In this document: positions 1-11,539 of the stretch, piece after piece
Layout: the number at the start of each line of letters is the position of its first letter
Position numbering within the stretch: the stretch's first letter is position 1
Assembly (NCBI GenBank): GCA_012026655.1
Contig: JAAILG010001376.1
Location: forward strand, 1 to 64,000
Direction: 5' to 3'
From: Hydrolagus affinis
Taxonomy: Eukaryota
Length of the DNA stretch: 64,000 nucleotides
Program-made: the position numbers and the translations under genes
Notes under the pieces: model-generated
Seen by the model: the letters and a program-made list of their open reading frames with translations, nothing else
Told to the model about the DNA's origin: nothing
Databases searched by the model: none

Positions 1-483
1 CCCCCCCCCCCCACCCACCCACCAAAACCTAAAAAAAATTGTTGCTCAGAAATGATGACTCAACACTTCTCTTCCCCAAACCCCCTCCGCCAAAAAAAAA
101 CACAAGTAACCGTGAGAAACAGAGAAAACGTCCCGACTACTACCGACTCACTACCAAACATTAAAACAACCGCTGGTATATCATTCATTCTCACGCCGAT
201 GTCCATCGCCATGTCCCTCACGAGACTCGAGGGCAATACACAATCCTGCCCTTTTTTTAATGTGTGCTTTTTTTGTAAAAAAAATTGCCAGATGAAGCTG
301 GTAAAAACACAAGAGCAAAGCAATTGCCAGAGCACGTTACTACAGCAAACACAAGTTCTCTTCTGATACAATATTAACCCATCACTACAAGACTGGTCTT
401 GACGCTCTCTGTACATCACATATATATAATATATATATATATATGCATATTCAACATGTATAGCTTTATACACGCACACATAC

Positions 484-504
484 ATCAGGCTGGATTTTAT
501 CCGA
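484..504 (-). other. Candidate 21-nt exon (TCGGATAAAATCCAGCCTGAT)
   Basis: Minus strand reads GACTAAC (branch-point-like, 525-531), tcactctcttctt, gggccAG, 21 nt, then GTATGT (478-483). The length preserves frame. Confidence 0.3.
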
Positions 505-598
505 CTGGCCCAAGAAGAGAGTGAGTTAGTCGGTTGTCGCTGATCGCCTGCCTACTGGTTGCAGTAAGTTTGCAGAGTGTGTGTTTGTGTGGAGGGAG

Positions 599-661
599 TG
601 TCTGTCTGTCTTGTCTGTCTGTCTGTCACTCACTCACTCTCTCTCTCACACACACACACAC
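599..661. repeat. Compound microsatellite (TGTC)n-(CACT)n-(CT)n-(CA)n
   Basis: Directly visible. Confidence 0.9.
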
Positions 662-925
662 GCCGGTCGCGTGCCGCGCTCTCTGCCCGGGGAAAGCTCT
701 GTCGCGCGACTCTTGCAGCAATGTCTGTCTCCCTCCCCCCCCGCCTCCCCCAGGGGGGGCGGGGCTACACGTTGCAGAGTCAAGTCCAGCTTCAGGGATA
801 GGGAGGGACAGAGATCTGCACCCTGGCCGAGCAAAGGCAATCACACCACCCACCCACCCTGCAACTCACACACACACACACACCATCCTCAATCCCCACC
901 ACTGACTGCAGGACTCCACCTGTTA

Positions 926-1366
926 TAATAATAATAATAATAATCCTTGCATTTGATACAGAACTTTTTCAAGTCCGGCTTCCTTCGAGTCCCGCCTCAA
1001 GACCCTCCTCTTCGATGGTCCCATCGGCAACTCCTAATCCGCCCCCACCTTCCCTCCCCCAAACACATTACAAGTGTAGTTTTTGTTGTTGTCTCAAAGC
1101 GCCTCACAGAATACACTGTAAAGTGTAATTGACTGTATATATTTGTGCTCAAAACGCGGCAGCCAATTGCACCCAGCAGTGTCTCCCACAAACAGTCGTG
1201 GGTTGAAATGACCAATTTATTATAGTTTTTTTTGGATGGATTATTATTAGGCGTGTGTGTGGAGTAAGGAAACTTGCCCAAGACTTTGCCCAGACCTGTC
1301 TGTATTCGAAACACAGGTCTCATGACCTGTAAGGCGAGTGCTCTAACCATTGAGCTACAATACTCC
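926..1366 (-). mobile_element. tRNA-derived Deu-domain SINE (SINE2-1_CM-like), full length, interrupted by an L2 3' end
   Basis: Minus strand shows the head ggagta..gtagctcaatggttagagcactcgcc with a B-box-like gttcgaat motif, the Deu-like core ctgtttgtggga..ctgctg..gcaattggctgccgcg, and the tail ...aaatgcaagga(TTA)n. Confidence 0.9.
976..1092 (+). mobile_element. L2 LINE 3'-end fragment inserted in the SINE tail
   Basis: cttccttcgagtcccgcctcaagaccctcctcttcga followed by a C-rich tract and acaagtgtagtttt(TTG)n. Matches the 3' ends of the longer L2 copies in this window. Confidence 0.75.
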
Positions 1367-1384
1367 ACAAAACTGTTCCCCAGT

Positions 1385-1423
1385 CTAATACTGTACCTTC
1401 TCACCCAGAAGGTACAGTATTAG
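1385..1423. repeat. Perfect 17-bp inverted repeat with 5-nt loop
   Basis: ctaatactgtaccttct caccc agaaggtacagtattag. Confidence 0.95.
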
Positions 1424-2701
1424 CTCTCTCTCTATCCCTTGTGTAAATTGCTGGCCAAATGTTGCATATCAGAGTCTCCGCTTACTTTTGACACAGTTTG
1501 TGTGGCCTCTGAATCAGCCTCACAACATAGTTCAGGTTTCTTTTCTTCCCACTATTCAGTACAGTATTCATTCACATCGCAAGTGCTTGTTGCGGTGTGA
1601 ACTAAAGGACTTGCAGGAGTTCCAAGATTTTTCTGTCTTAAGCTCTCGAACAGACACAAGTTTGTTTTTAAATGTAACATTGCTGCTGATGGGATTCTGA
1701 AGTGGGACTTTCTTGGTCAATGCAGTCTCATGTTTTTGTTTTCTTATATGAATCGCATGAGAAAGTTAAGCTAAACAAAAAGAAGCCTTGGAGTTTGACG
1801 TTTGGGGAGCATCATTTTCTAATAATCTTATACTGTAGTTTTTTGGGGTCATGGAGGGTTAAGGATTACCAGTACAACAACAACACAAAATTACATTTAT
1901 TGAACACCTTTCATGTCAAGAAGCCAATAATTTTCTGCTATCAACTATTTACAGTAGTTGATAGCAAAATATTATTTGACAGATTTAAAAATAGTGTGAA
2001 AATCCAGTTTGAAAAGCAATGTCCATACATAATGATATACAACAATAATAATCCTTGCATTTGAATTGAAACTTGAATATAAAGAGGATACAGTATGTTT
2101 TTTAGAAGTGACCAGTTGCTGTTTGAAAAATCCATTTAGTTCTCAGAGTTACTCTTGTTCCAACTTTAGTTCTGCAAATACATACTGTATAATTGTTCAC
2201 GCAGAAAAAATGTTGATATGTATTTCAAATGGAGCCATTAGTGTTAAGTGGAAAGAAGCTCTCCCCTTGCCAGGCCGTCCAGCAGAGCAATTCTTTGGTG
2301 ACAAAGCCTTTGATTGTATGGAATATGAACATCAAGGAGAACAATTGACATTGCACAATGGCCGACTGCCTTTGAGCTACAGATAAGACAATGTATTAGC
2401 ACCTTGGCTCATTGGAAAATAAAAGTATTTGATGCAAAGTTTATAGTAGTCAGGCAAGAACTTAGAGCCCCATGTGGGTCTCGGTGAAAGGGAATGAAAA
2501 GTGGTGCACTCACAATGCTGTCATATTTGCATGATGATAATGGGAGTTTATCACATAGAAAATAGAACAGCACCTGTTATATAAAAATAGGAATGCAGCA
2601 GCGAGGAGAGGAGTTCACAAGGCATGGCTCTCGGATGCATGGGAGAGTTTTGTTACTGCGTTCGGAATAAACTTCATAAGCAGACATTAGTAGAGGTAAA
2701 A

Positions 2702-3120
2702 GGTGTCAGCCTGGCTCAGTTGGTAGCACTTCCACCTCTTCTGTCAGAAGGCTGTGGTTTCAAGCCCCAATTTCGGACTTTGAAATCAAGTACTCTAATC
2801 CAGTGTTGGGGGGGAATGGGTGGGTGGAACGGCTGCATTGCTGAGATGCCAACAGTTGGATGAGAAATTAAAGCAAGGTCCAGACTGTCAAATGTCAAGG
2901 AGCCCAAGGCACGACTTGAAAAGAGCAAAGAGTTTCTTCGAGTGTCCTGGCCAACAATCCCCCAAATAGCATTAGTCATTCACTTCACAGCTGTTTGTGG
3001 AACATCAGTGTGCGCTAATTGGCTGCCGTGTTTGTGTGCAGTAAAATCCTGTGAACTACTTTGAGATGTCTTCACAGTGTGATAAGGCGATATATCAGAG
3101 GCAAGGATTCTTCTTCTTAT
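2702..3120 (+). mobile_element. Older DeuSINE (SacSINE1/AmnSINE-type)
   Basis: Head tgtcagcctggctcagttggtagcac...gtcagaagg; body gtgtcctggccaacaatcccc; Deu core gctgtttgtgg..gtgtgcgctaattggctgccgtg; L2-type tail. Confidence 0.8.
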
Positions 3121-3409
3121 TTATTTATTAATCGAATCCCTTCTTAGAATCCTGCCTTGGGACATCCTCCTGACATGAAAGGCGCTCTATAAATGTAATT
3201 TTGTTGTTGTTGTTCTTGATTTTGAAGGTTGTTCCAGTGTCCTCCACCCAAATAATATTGGTCACTCACTCTATGACTGATTGCGGTTCATTATTCCACA
3301 AAGTGCACAATAAGAAAACTTTATAGGATATCCTGTGAAGCACTTTAAGACTTTAGGCACTTATGTGATAAGGTACTATATTAAATGCAAGGATGAATCC
3401 TGTTTTGTA

Positions 3410-3630
3410 GATCAGCCAGGCTACACTACTCCAGAGCACTGTTGATGACAGATCAGTCAGGGTGGCTCATCAATAGGAAGCTGAGGGGTAGAGGTGTCAC
3501 TGGGTGCATGGATTCTTCTCAATCAGCTCCTGTTAACACTGCAAACCAAAGCCCCAATGGGTGGTACTAGCTGGACAAGAACGCAAATCCTCTTTAGCAT
3601 GATGATGGGTTTCTGCAAGAGTCAAACACC
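3410..3630 (-). mobile_element. Unclassified interspersed repeat (family X), fragment
   Basis: Reverse complement matches 61985-62110 and 10055-10215 (cttgtccagctag..tgcagtgttaacag..cagtgc(c/t)ctgga). Confidence 0.6.
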
Positions 3631-3639
3631 TGGCTGACC

Positions 3640-3955
3640 GAATGGTTCTGTGTCCTCCCAATATCTGTTAGTATTTTTCCTATTGAAACATTTATCTAAT
3701 CCATTTTAAAATAACTTATGAGTTAACTTATTATAACTTCAACTATGGTTTGTGTGGTAGAGAATGTTACATTCCAAACCCATTTTTGTGTAAAGACTTT
3801 TTTTTCTAACTCCCTTTTAATTTCTTTCTTGATTGTCTGATATGTGATGTACTCTCTATTTATTTACTCAACAATTAGTGGAAATATTTCAATACTACAA
3901 TATTTACCTTTCCATAACCCTTCACAATCTTGAAGATCAATATCAGTCACCCCAT
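3640..3955 (-). mobile_element. Degenerate CR1 LINE 3' fragment
   Basis: Motifs tatctaatccattttaaa, gtggtagagaatgttacattcc and aacccttcacaatcttgaagatc, paralleled by the 25575-26560 copy. Confidence 0.6.
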
Positions 3956-4037
3956 AGTTTTTTCGGCATAGGATTCCTTGTTTTTTTCTAAATTTCAGAT
4001 TGGACTATAGTGTGTTTAAGAATGAAATAATAATCCT

Positions 4038-4203
4038 AATAATCCTCACATTTGATGCAGTGCTTTTCACATTTTGTAGACGTCTCAAAGCGCTTCACAG
4101 AATATAACATAAATATTCTGACTGTATATTTGTGGGTGAAAAGCGATAGCCATCAGCGCACAGCAGTGTCCCACTAACAGTCATGGATTGAAAGTGACTG
4201 ATT
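4038..4203 (-). mobile_element. SINE2-type 3' half (Deu core and tail)
   Basis: Matches the 3' half of the full copies. Confidence 0.85.
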
Positions 4204-5952
4204 ATAAATCTAGGATAATATATAATAATATATAACATAATAACATATAATGAATGATTAATGGGATTAATGTATACAATATTCAGTGCTGACTAGTTCA
4301 GTTCCACAGATATAGGTTCAAGAATACAGAAACTCATCGTGCTCCATCAAACCATCTGGGACACTTCCAACAGCTATTAGTCCAATAGCTTCAGTCCAAC
4401 CTTAATTAGTTAACCCTGTGTCTGTTATTAGTATTAATTGACCTGACATTAACTGTTTTTGCCAGGAGACTATTTCGCCACATACACATATATACTGAAC
4501 TGAGGGAAGAAGCAAATAATTCTAATTCATCTTTGGTGTCCTTATCTTGTCATTGTGTTCTCTTGTTACGGAATTACAGTTGAAGTTAAATAATTTACTT
4601 TGATTTAAATTACCCATGTCTTTCAGCATTTTAAAGACCTGGATCGTGTTCCCTGTCAATCACAAACTCCAGTGCATCTTTTCATGGTGAGGCCTCGGGC
4701 AATATTACAGAAACATAATACAGCAAATGTCACTTACAGACACCTCATGTTACACACAGTAATTAATACAGAAAACCATTGAGCAATAGATACAGTGTAT
4801 TAATCTGGATAACACTTATTTAGTTATTGTAACCATTTGATAGCTTTTAAATGATGCATTTGAGAGAATGTTGCATTTGAGGGATTTATTTTATAATTGC
4901 TTGTAGAATTTTAAAAGATACTAATATTCCATTTTCTCCTGTTACACTACCTGGTGTGAAGGGTGCAAGTTGTTATTGTTGAATTTACATTGAAACCCAC
5001 TGTGCTCAGTAACAAATTTATATGTGGCTGTGGATTTTTCTTTAATTTTTACAGATTAAATTTGAGTTACGGTATTTTCATGTCTAATCCAATCTTCATT
5101 TAATAATGGCTAAGAGCAATCTCCTCCTGTCGAAAATATCCTAAACACATCTCTCAAACTATACCTTTTGGACCACATATATGAATCTCTTTTTTCTTGC
5201 TCGGTGCTCAATACTACATTTATTAAGTGCTGTGAAACATTCTCTTTTCACTGTGAAAAGTGCTTTATAAAAGTAAGTTATTCTTATCCATTAGTGAGGT
5301 TGTTCATGGTTCATTGGAGAAACAAATTGCTTTGACTGCTGTGTCTGATGGTTTATGTGACGAAATTAGAGATTTTAGTGAAGACTTCAGTTATGTCAGT
5401 TGGAAGAATTAATTAGTCATGTTCAAATAGGAAACCTAGCTGAGAGAATTTGATATCTGTACTCCAAAGGATGGCAATTAAAGTTTAAACATGTAACATA
5501 TCAACGTGTGCCAGAATTGCCCAGACAATTTTAGTTTAATTTGACTTTGATTTGTAATCTGTAAAACCAGCTAACATAAATAATATAGCATACACAATAT
5601 CTATAACTGAAGACGAAAGAAACAAAATGCATGCAGAGCAATAAATGTACATTGCATCAAACAATCTACAAGTTTAAATGTTTCCTGAGCCTATTGAGAC
5701 TCAGAAAACATGTTACACAATATTCCCATAGATTAGGCCTGATTGAATTTATTCACAGATTTCTGTGAAAGCTGTACTGTAACAGTAGACAAGGAGGTGT
5801 GTAGCTGTAACCTTGATTCACCTATCCACCACATTTTCCCAATAGAATACACAGTCAATCCAATATATTCTGTGAACTGCTTTGAGACGTCTCAATGATG
5901 TGATAAGGTATTGTATCAAATTACTGATACTGTTATTAAATTGATCAGGTTT

Positions 5953-6030
5953 ACAACAACAACAACAACAACAAAATTACACTTGTATAGCACCTTTCAC
6001 ATCAGGAGGACGTCCCAAAGTGCTGGACAT
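5953..6030 (-). mobile_element. L2 extreme 3' end with (CAA)n
   Basis: (caa)n aaaattacacttgtatagcacctttcacatcaggaggacgtcccaaagtgctg. The same tail recurs near 3150, 18445, 20268, 31295, 32555 and 54050. Confidence 0.8.
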
Positions 6031-6857
6031 GAACAAACAAACAATAAATAAATGGAAGTTTAGTACGACGACAATGACAAGTTAAATTTGTTCAGGGCCT
6101 TTCATGTCGGCAGGATGTCTGAGTCAGTGAAGGATTTGTACAGGATGGTTGGAGGGCAGGGAAGGCAGGGAGAAAATTCTCAGCATGAACAAGAACGGTT
6201 GTTAAAAATGCATAACCAACTTCAGATCTTCCTTCAAAACTCTATCTCCCGATGCTGCATGTATTCCATGTTACCTATTGACATTTTAATGCTTTAGATG
6301 TGAAAGCAGTACCAAGCCATAATTCTTAATTAACACTGTACAGAATTATCTCAGAAAAAAACACAGAAGAAATCAAGTGTGAAATATGTGAATGCAAAGT
6401 GATTTGCTTTGGAGTCCAGCTGCTAAGACCACCTTAAGGAGGTGGTTTCGCCAATACATTGATTCACACTGCTGCCGCAGGCAGTGAGAATCAATTTGTT
6501 CTCTGCTCACAAATAGTTCCTTATAGGTTCTTGGGTGGTCCAATGGACTCTTGGAGTCCTTAATACGGTTAAATGGATGACTTTTTTTTCATAACATGAA
6601 CAAACTAACCAGTTTGGGCCTAGTTACTCTAGCCATGTGCATGTACAGCTGTCAGCTTATTTGGTGTAGTGAACATGTGGTGAATGCACAAACATTCTCA
6701 AAGATTCCAGTGTTTGGTGAGTCCTCTAGAAGAAGTGACATTGTTATAGCTGTTTGTGGAACACACCATTGCTGTGCAAATTGGCTGCTGTGTTCACCTA
6801 AAAATACACAGTCAGTCACTACACCAGTCAAATGCTGCAAAGTGCTTTGAGGTGCAC

Positions 6858-7190
6858 TGAGTCTGGCTCAGTGGTAGCAATCTAGCCCCTGAGTCAGAAG
6901 GTTAGGGGTTCACACCTCATGTCAGGACTTGGAAACACATTCTGACACTTTGTCCCTCAATGAAGCTGAGCCTCCAATGCAGTGCAGGATGTGTGCTGGA
7001 TTGTCAAAGGTGCCGTCCTTCAGATGAAATATTAAAGCGAGGTCCCACCTACATATTCAGGTGGACATGAAAGATCCCATGGCACTATTCAAAAAAAATT
7101 AGAGTTTTGACCAACAGTCGAAAAATTGGTAACTCATTACATTGGTAAAATTGGTCACTCATTACATGGCTATTTGAGAGACACTACGAT
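6858..7190 (+). mobile_element. Older DeuSINE (SacSINE1-type)
   Basis: ctggctcagtggtagcaatctagcccctgagtcagaagg...ggtgccgtccttcagatga...caggtggacatgaaagatcccatggcactattc. Confidence 0.8.
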
Positions 7191-7429
7191 TTGCCCTATC
7201 AGTCATGCAAATGAGTCAGGCTCTTTGGTCTGTCAGTAGTGCCTAGAGTACTATGACATTCCTGGCTAAGCAACTGGATCACAGAGATTGCCACAGAGGA
7301 TTGACTTGATTCTGACAATTGATTTTCCAAACAATAATTATTCTTTAACTTTGTGGTCCAGTTTACCATGCCTGTTACAGCAACACACTATTCTAAATCT
7401 TTAAAACCTTACATTTTATAACTATACTA

Positions 7430-7535
7430 ATAATCCTTGCATTTGATATTGCACTTTATTATGTCTTCAGGACATCTCAAAGCACTTCACAGAATATACT
7501 GCAGAATTGACTATACATTTTGTGGACGAAAAGGG
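7430..7535 (-). mobile_element. SINE2-type 3' tail
   Basis: ataatccttgcatttgata...catctcaaagcacttcacagaatatactg. Confidence 0.8.
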
Positions 7536-8344
7536 AAGGCTATATTGTCACAACCACAGGCAATTTTGTTTCTGGCTGCTCGGTTAAGCCAGCTAACATT
7601 TTTGGCGGCTTTATTAAAGAAAATTCTTTGCCCAGTGGATAACCCAACTCCTCTGCATTTACTGTATTGGAACCATCACCAATGGACAACTCAGCAGAGC
7701 GGGATTGAAAGAATACAAAACCAAAGAAACAGAGTACCCACTCTCTCCATTCAAAATTCACTTCTGCTGTGCTTTCATTGACTGAAATGGGCAGAACTGG
7801 GTTGAGCCATGACACTAATTATTGATGAGTGGGCTATTAAATCAGGCCGCGTTGAAGAAGGTCTTCACTCAGCTGTTTGTGTGCAGCTCAGAATACAGAT
7901 ATTCTGGAAATGTCAGCATTGATCAATCAATTGATGGCTGTTGTGGGACCTTGCTGTGAGCAAATTGGATGCTACAAATAAGTCACTAACTTTACGGAAA
8001 AACTGAAAGATTGTGCATTGTTTTGACATAAGGTACTTTATCATATGCAATAATGATTATTATTATTATTATTTTCAGGGCTTTTTTTTTCACTGCAGCA
8101 AGCAGCAACCTTAGTTGAGGTAGGATGATTGCATTTAAGTAACTGCAGCTTGCCTGGATTTCTCTACGTTTACTAAACAACTAAGATCTTTTTGGTACCA
8201 TTACTGTGGCAGTCTGGTTGCCACATTTTACCAAGTCTGAAAGTGATAAGGATCATAGTGGGATAGAATCATAAGCACGAGTTCCGAGGGTTGCTTTCCT
8301 GACAATTAAATTTAATTAAAATCCTTAACAAGCTTATTTTTGAA

Positions 8345-8870
8345 TTGCCAGTTTTCTTCCTTCCTGAAGGCACTGACATCTGCCGATGAATAATTCCACT
8401 GGTGACACTGAGCCGCAGGCACCTCACTCAAGTGGACACTCCTCCTGCGTGAGCTTAGGCTGTGGATATCAATGAGCTATTCTGTCATGAGAGAGGACAG
8501 CAACACTGAGCTTGATCCAAACTTGCATATATTCCAGCAAGATAGTGGATAGTGATCAAGGGATTTGGGGCAAAGGTGGGTAATTGGAGTTGAGGTGCAG
8601 ATCAGCTATGATCTGTTCGAAGAGTGGAACGGGCTTGAGGGCTGAATGGCCTACTCTTGTTCTTAGGTTCCTAGAGTGATCAAGAATGGAAATCCTAACT
8701 AACTTATCTCCATCCTATTGAGAGACCAGTTGAATTTAAACCAGTTGTGGTGCACTAACTTGCTGTTTCAGCTGAGGTTAGCTAACTCAGCGAGGAACAT
8801 AAATCAAACCTGTAACCACTGGTCTGAGTGGCGTTTGACTGTATCTTTGCCCACTGGACCATTGAGGGAA
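8345..8870 (-). mobile_element. Ancient tRNA-headed SINE (family Y, 'gagttagctgatctcagc' core), interrupted by CR1
   Basis: Reverse complement aligns by eye with 29838-30217 and 54925-55965 (gagttagctaacctcagc; ccacttgagtgagg; gccttcaggaaggaag). Confidence 0.6.
8561..8674 (+). mobile_element. CR1 3' end flanked by a 10-bp target-site duplication
   Basis: gatcagctatgatc...ggcttgagggctgaatggcctactcttgttc. agtgatcaag occurs at 8551-8560 and 8675-8684. Confidence 0.8.
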
Positions 8871-9754
8871 GAAGTGTTCAATTGTTAATGTTGTCAAGCA
8901 CAGAGTATATTGAAAAATAGATAACTTTGAGTTGGAAAAAAATCAGGGTTTGGGTATGCCTGAGGTTAGCTAACTCTAATTTTAGCAGTGACTGGACTCC
9001 CACTTAAAATTAATGATGTTTGATCCAGATCTGGACAGGTGAAAATCCCCTTCCCAGAATAAAACAACCTTCTCTATGTGCTGAACACTTATGACCTCTT
9101 AATTTGAATATGTTAATTTACTGCCTACAGCTGTCAGGCTGTCATAGTTCCCACAACTGGTGAAGGTAAGGACACATCTTTGGCTCAAGAGTGGAACATC
9201 TGGCTCTGATTTTAGGGGGAGAAAAAAATCTTGGATTGCTGGATGAAACAATTGCTGGGGTCCTGCCCCTCAAGCAACAAAACAGCTTTATTCTCCCTCC
9301 TGAGTAGAGCAGTTCAGATGAGGAAGGTCCTCCCAGAATAGCTAAACCCACCATATTCCCACATAACACTCAAATAAATTGTAAATGCATCCATCTGCTG
9401 GTCTAATCTCTACCAGCCTTTTTCCAGCCATTAAAAACAACAGGTTACACATATATAGCATGATAGAGCATCCTTCACACAGTATAATATGTCAAAGCAC
9501 TTTTCAGAGATGGAATGAATCATTGAGCAAGGTGGGAAGGGAGAGAGGTATAAGGCTATGCAGCTAAAGAATAATCAAAGAGAGAATTTTGATTCTTGAG
9601 GCAGCAGAGAGAGGATGCAAGATAAAGGGATTTGGGAGGGAGTTACAGAGAGCGACAGTACACATAAAGGCGCAGAAACTACAGAGCAATCCCAGTATTG
9701 CATGATCATCTGGTTCCAATATTTCAGAGAGGCCACATTATAATGAAGAGCCAA

Positions 9755-10340
9755 AAAATGTCTGGGTCTTTTTTGGTCAGGCAGGTGTCTTGACACATGC
9801 AGATTCCCATCACCATGCTTAACAGTATCCAAACCAGACTGAGAGTTCCACACATGCCACCTACAAATGGAAATTCCTATATATGGAATGGAATGTGTAC
9901 TCTCTCCCCAGAGAGACACATCCTGTTTATCTAATTTCGGAGATTATTGGGCAGAGATTGGCGAGAACCAAGATGGTGACACTCGAGGGGTATTGGAGTT
10001 TAACTAGCTAAAACTGCATCACTTGCCATTGAAACACTGTTTGGGCAACTTCCTGGTGCTTGTCAAGCTAGGACCATTCTACCCATTAGGATTACAGCTT
10101 GAGGAGTTAAAAGGAGCTGAGTGGGAAGAATCCTTGTCCATCTTCCCCTTCGAAATCATACAGACGAGCGAGACTGGCTGGGCTATTATCAATGGTGCCC
10201 TGGAATACCATGGATTCACCCAGATACTGAGACCGCCACAGAGGATTGACTTGATTCCAACTTTCCATTGTCAAGCATTGCATCTTGGAACCAGTTCAGC
10301 TACAAGGAAACCCCATTTCCCCTCACCCCCGCAAGGAGGT
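9755..10340 (+). mobile_element. Unclassified interspersed repeat (family X), long copy
   Basis: Shares ttttggtcag..cccatcaccatgctt..gtatccaaacc..atcctg(t/c)ttatctaatt with the copies at 57995, 61490 and 48690 (reverse), and its 3' part with those at 11810 and 7205. Confidence 0.65.
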
Positions 10341-10739
10341 TCATCAGTGACCAGCAGTGACCTGGTGATCTGGAATTTGGCCATTTTTTAATGCAGGAAG
10401 AAGAACAATTAGCACTGGAAACAAGTCTACCCATCACTGCTTACTTGAAAATATTCCTTCAAAGATTTATGGAGTTCCACAATATTCTCAAGATGTTATT
10501 TTTTAACAAAAATGTTTTTGCTTAGCTCTCTACCATATGAATGTAATTTGTTGTGGCTGTTGTTGTTTTCTTATCACCTCCTCTCTGAAGGCCCATTCTT
10601 CATATGTGAGCCTGGACAGCGATCGTTGGCAGACTGTTCAACTATAAGGAATATTACAGCTGAGTTCAATCAGGCTCCCACCCATGGTCCAGTCACACTG
10701 CTCCTGCAGGAGGAGGGGCTTCCAGATGGAGTCCTGAAG

Positions 10740-11005
10740 TTGGGGACAGAAAGGCTGAAGACCCGACTGACAATTGTTGGGCAAGCAGTGCAGGGGACGT
10801 GGAGCAGGCCATGGCCTGCAGAGCAGAGGGAGCGGTCAGGTTGGAAAAGTTTTAATGGGTCACAGTGGTAGGGAGGAACAAGACTGTGTAGGGCTTTAAA
10901 GATGAAGACAAGGATCCTGAACTCAATCCTCTGGGGGATGAGGAGTCAGTGCAGGCAGATGAGGATGGAAGCGATCGTCTAATGAAGCTTTGTGCAGGCT
11001 ACGAA
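10740..11005 (-). mobile_element. L2 LINE fragment
   Basis: Similar to 12740-13000 (aggctgaag..aaagatgaagacaaggatcctgaactcaatcctctgggggatg). Confidence 0.75.
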
Positions 11006-11434
11006 ATCTCACAAAATCAATCACTGCCCAGCAACTCTTCTCCTGTGTATGATGCTCCCATTGTTGAACATAGCTGGCGGAAAATCACTGTCAAACCTCA
11101 CATGTAAATAATAGGCACTAGGGAGAGGTTCTGGAGATCAGCTGGCATTTATGGGATCATATCCAACAGAAAGAGGAGAAGAGTCAAATGTCTTCAATGA
11201 AAGGCAACAGAGAAGACTGCAGGAGGAAATTGGCGAGGAAACAAAAACTGGATGGGAGATATACAAATAGGGACAGAATGTGTTTCCACTAAGAGAACTG
11301 TTCCCTGAAGATCTCCAGTACAAATCATGCCAAGTGAATCTGCTGTAAAGCCAGTTTGAAAAGAACATTCATCCCAGCAGCTCTATGTTCAGTTCTGGTT
11401 TTTATGCCAGGAAACCCATCAATACCAGTGCTAC

Positions 11435-11490
11435 TTGGAAACAGTACCTTGGCATCGTAAGTGCGCTCAGTGTATACCGAAATACAATAT
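11435..11490. repeat. 56-bp direct repeat, copy 1
   Basis: 50/56 identical to 13475-13530. Confidence 0.9.
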
Positions 11491-11539
11491 CCAAGTGTGG
11501 TTCCCGAGACTTTACTCTGATCTTGTGATTATTATGAGC

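Larger units (their letters stand above)
100..780. promoter_or_regulatory. CpG-enriched segment with GC boxes (CpG-island edge, promoter or first-exon/intron region of an unidentified gene)
   Basis: CpGs are dense at ~100-230 and 660-710 (cgccggtcgcgtgccgcg, gtcgcgcgac) in an otherwise CpG-poor window. GC boxes lie at ~735-765 (cccccccgcctcccc, ggggggcgggg). (TA)n, (TCTG)n, (TC)n and (CA)n tracts are interspersed. Confidence 0.55.

Noticed and set aside
52-928. ORFs of 64-141 aa at the window start
   Set aside because: They are built from homopolymers and microsatellites (YIYI, HTHT, PPPP), mostly use non-ATG starts and show no recognisable domain.
997-1404. Recurring ORF motif ..[27 protein letters not shown] (also at 35388, 55071, 62386, 62824)
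   Set aside because: It is a translation of the SINE 3' tail, not a gene family.
11100-11400. Purine-rich stretch ending in ..LKRTFIPAA, faintly like a LINE RT C-terminus
   Set aside because: Stops occur in all frames and the similarity is too short to assign.
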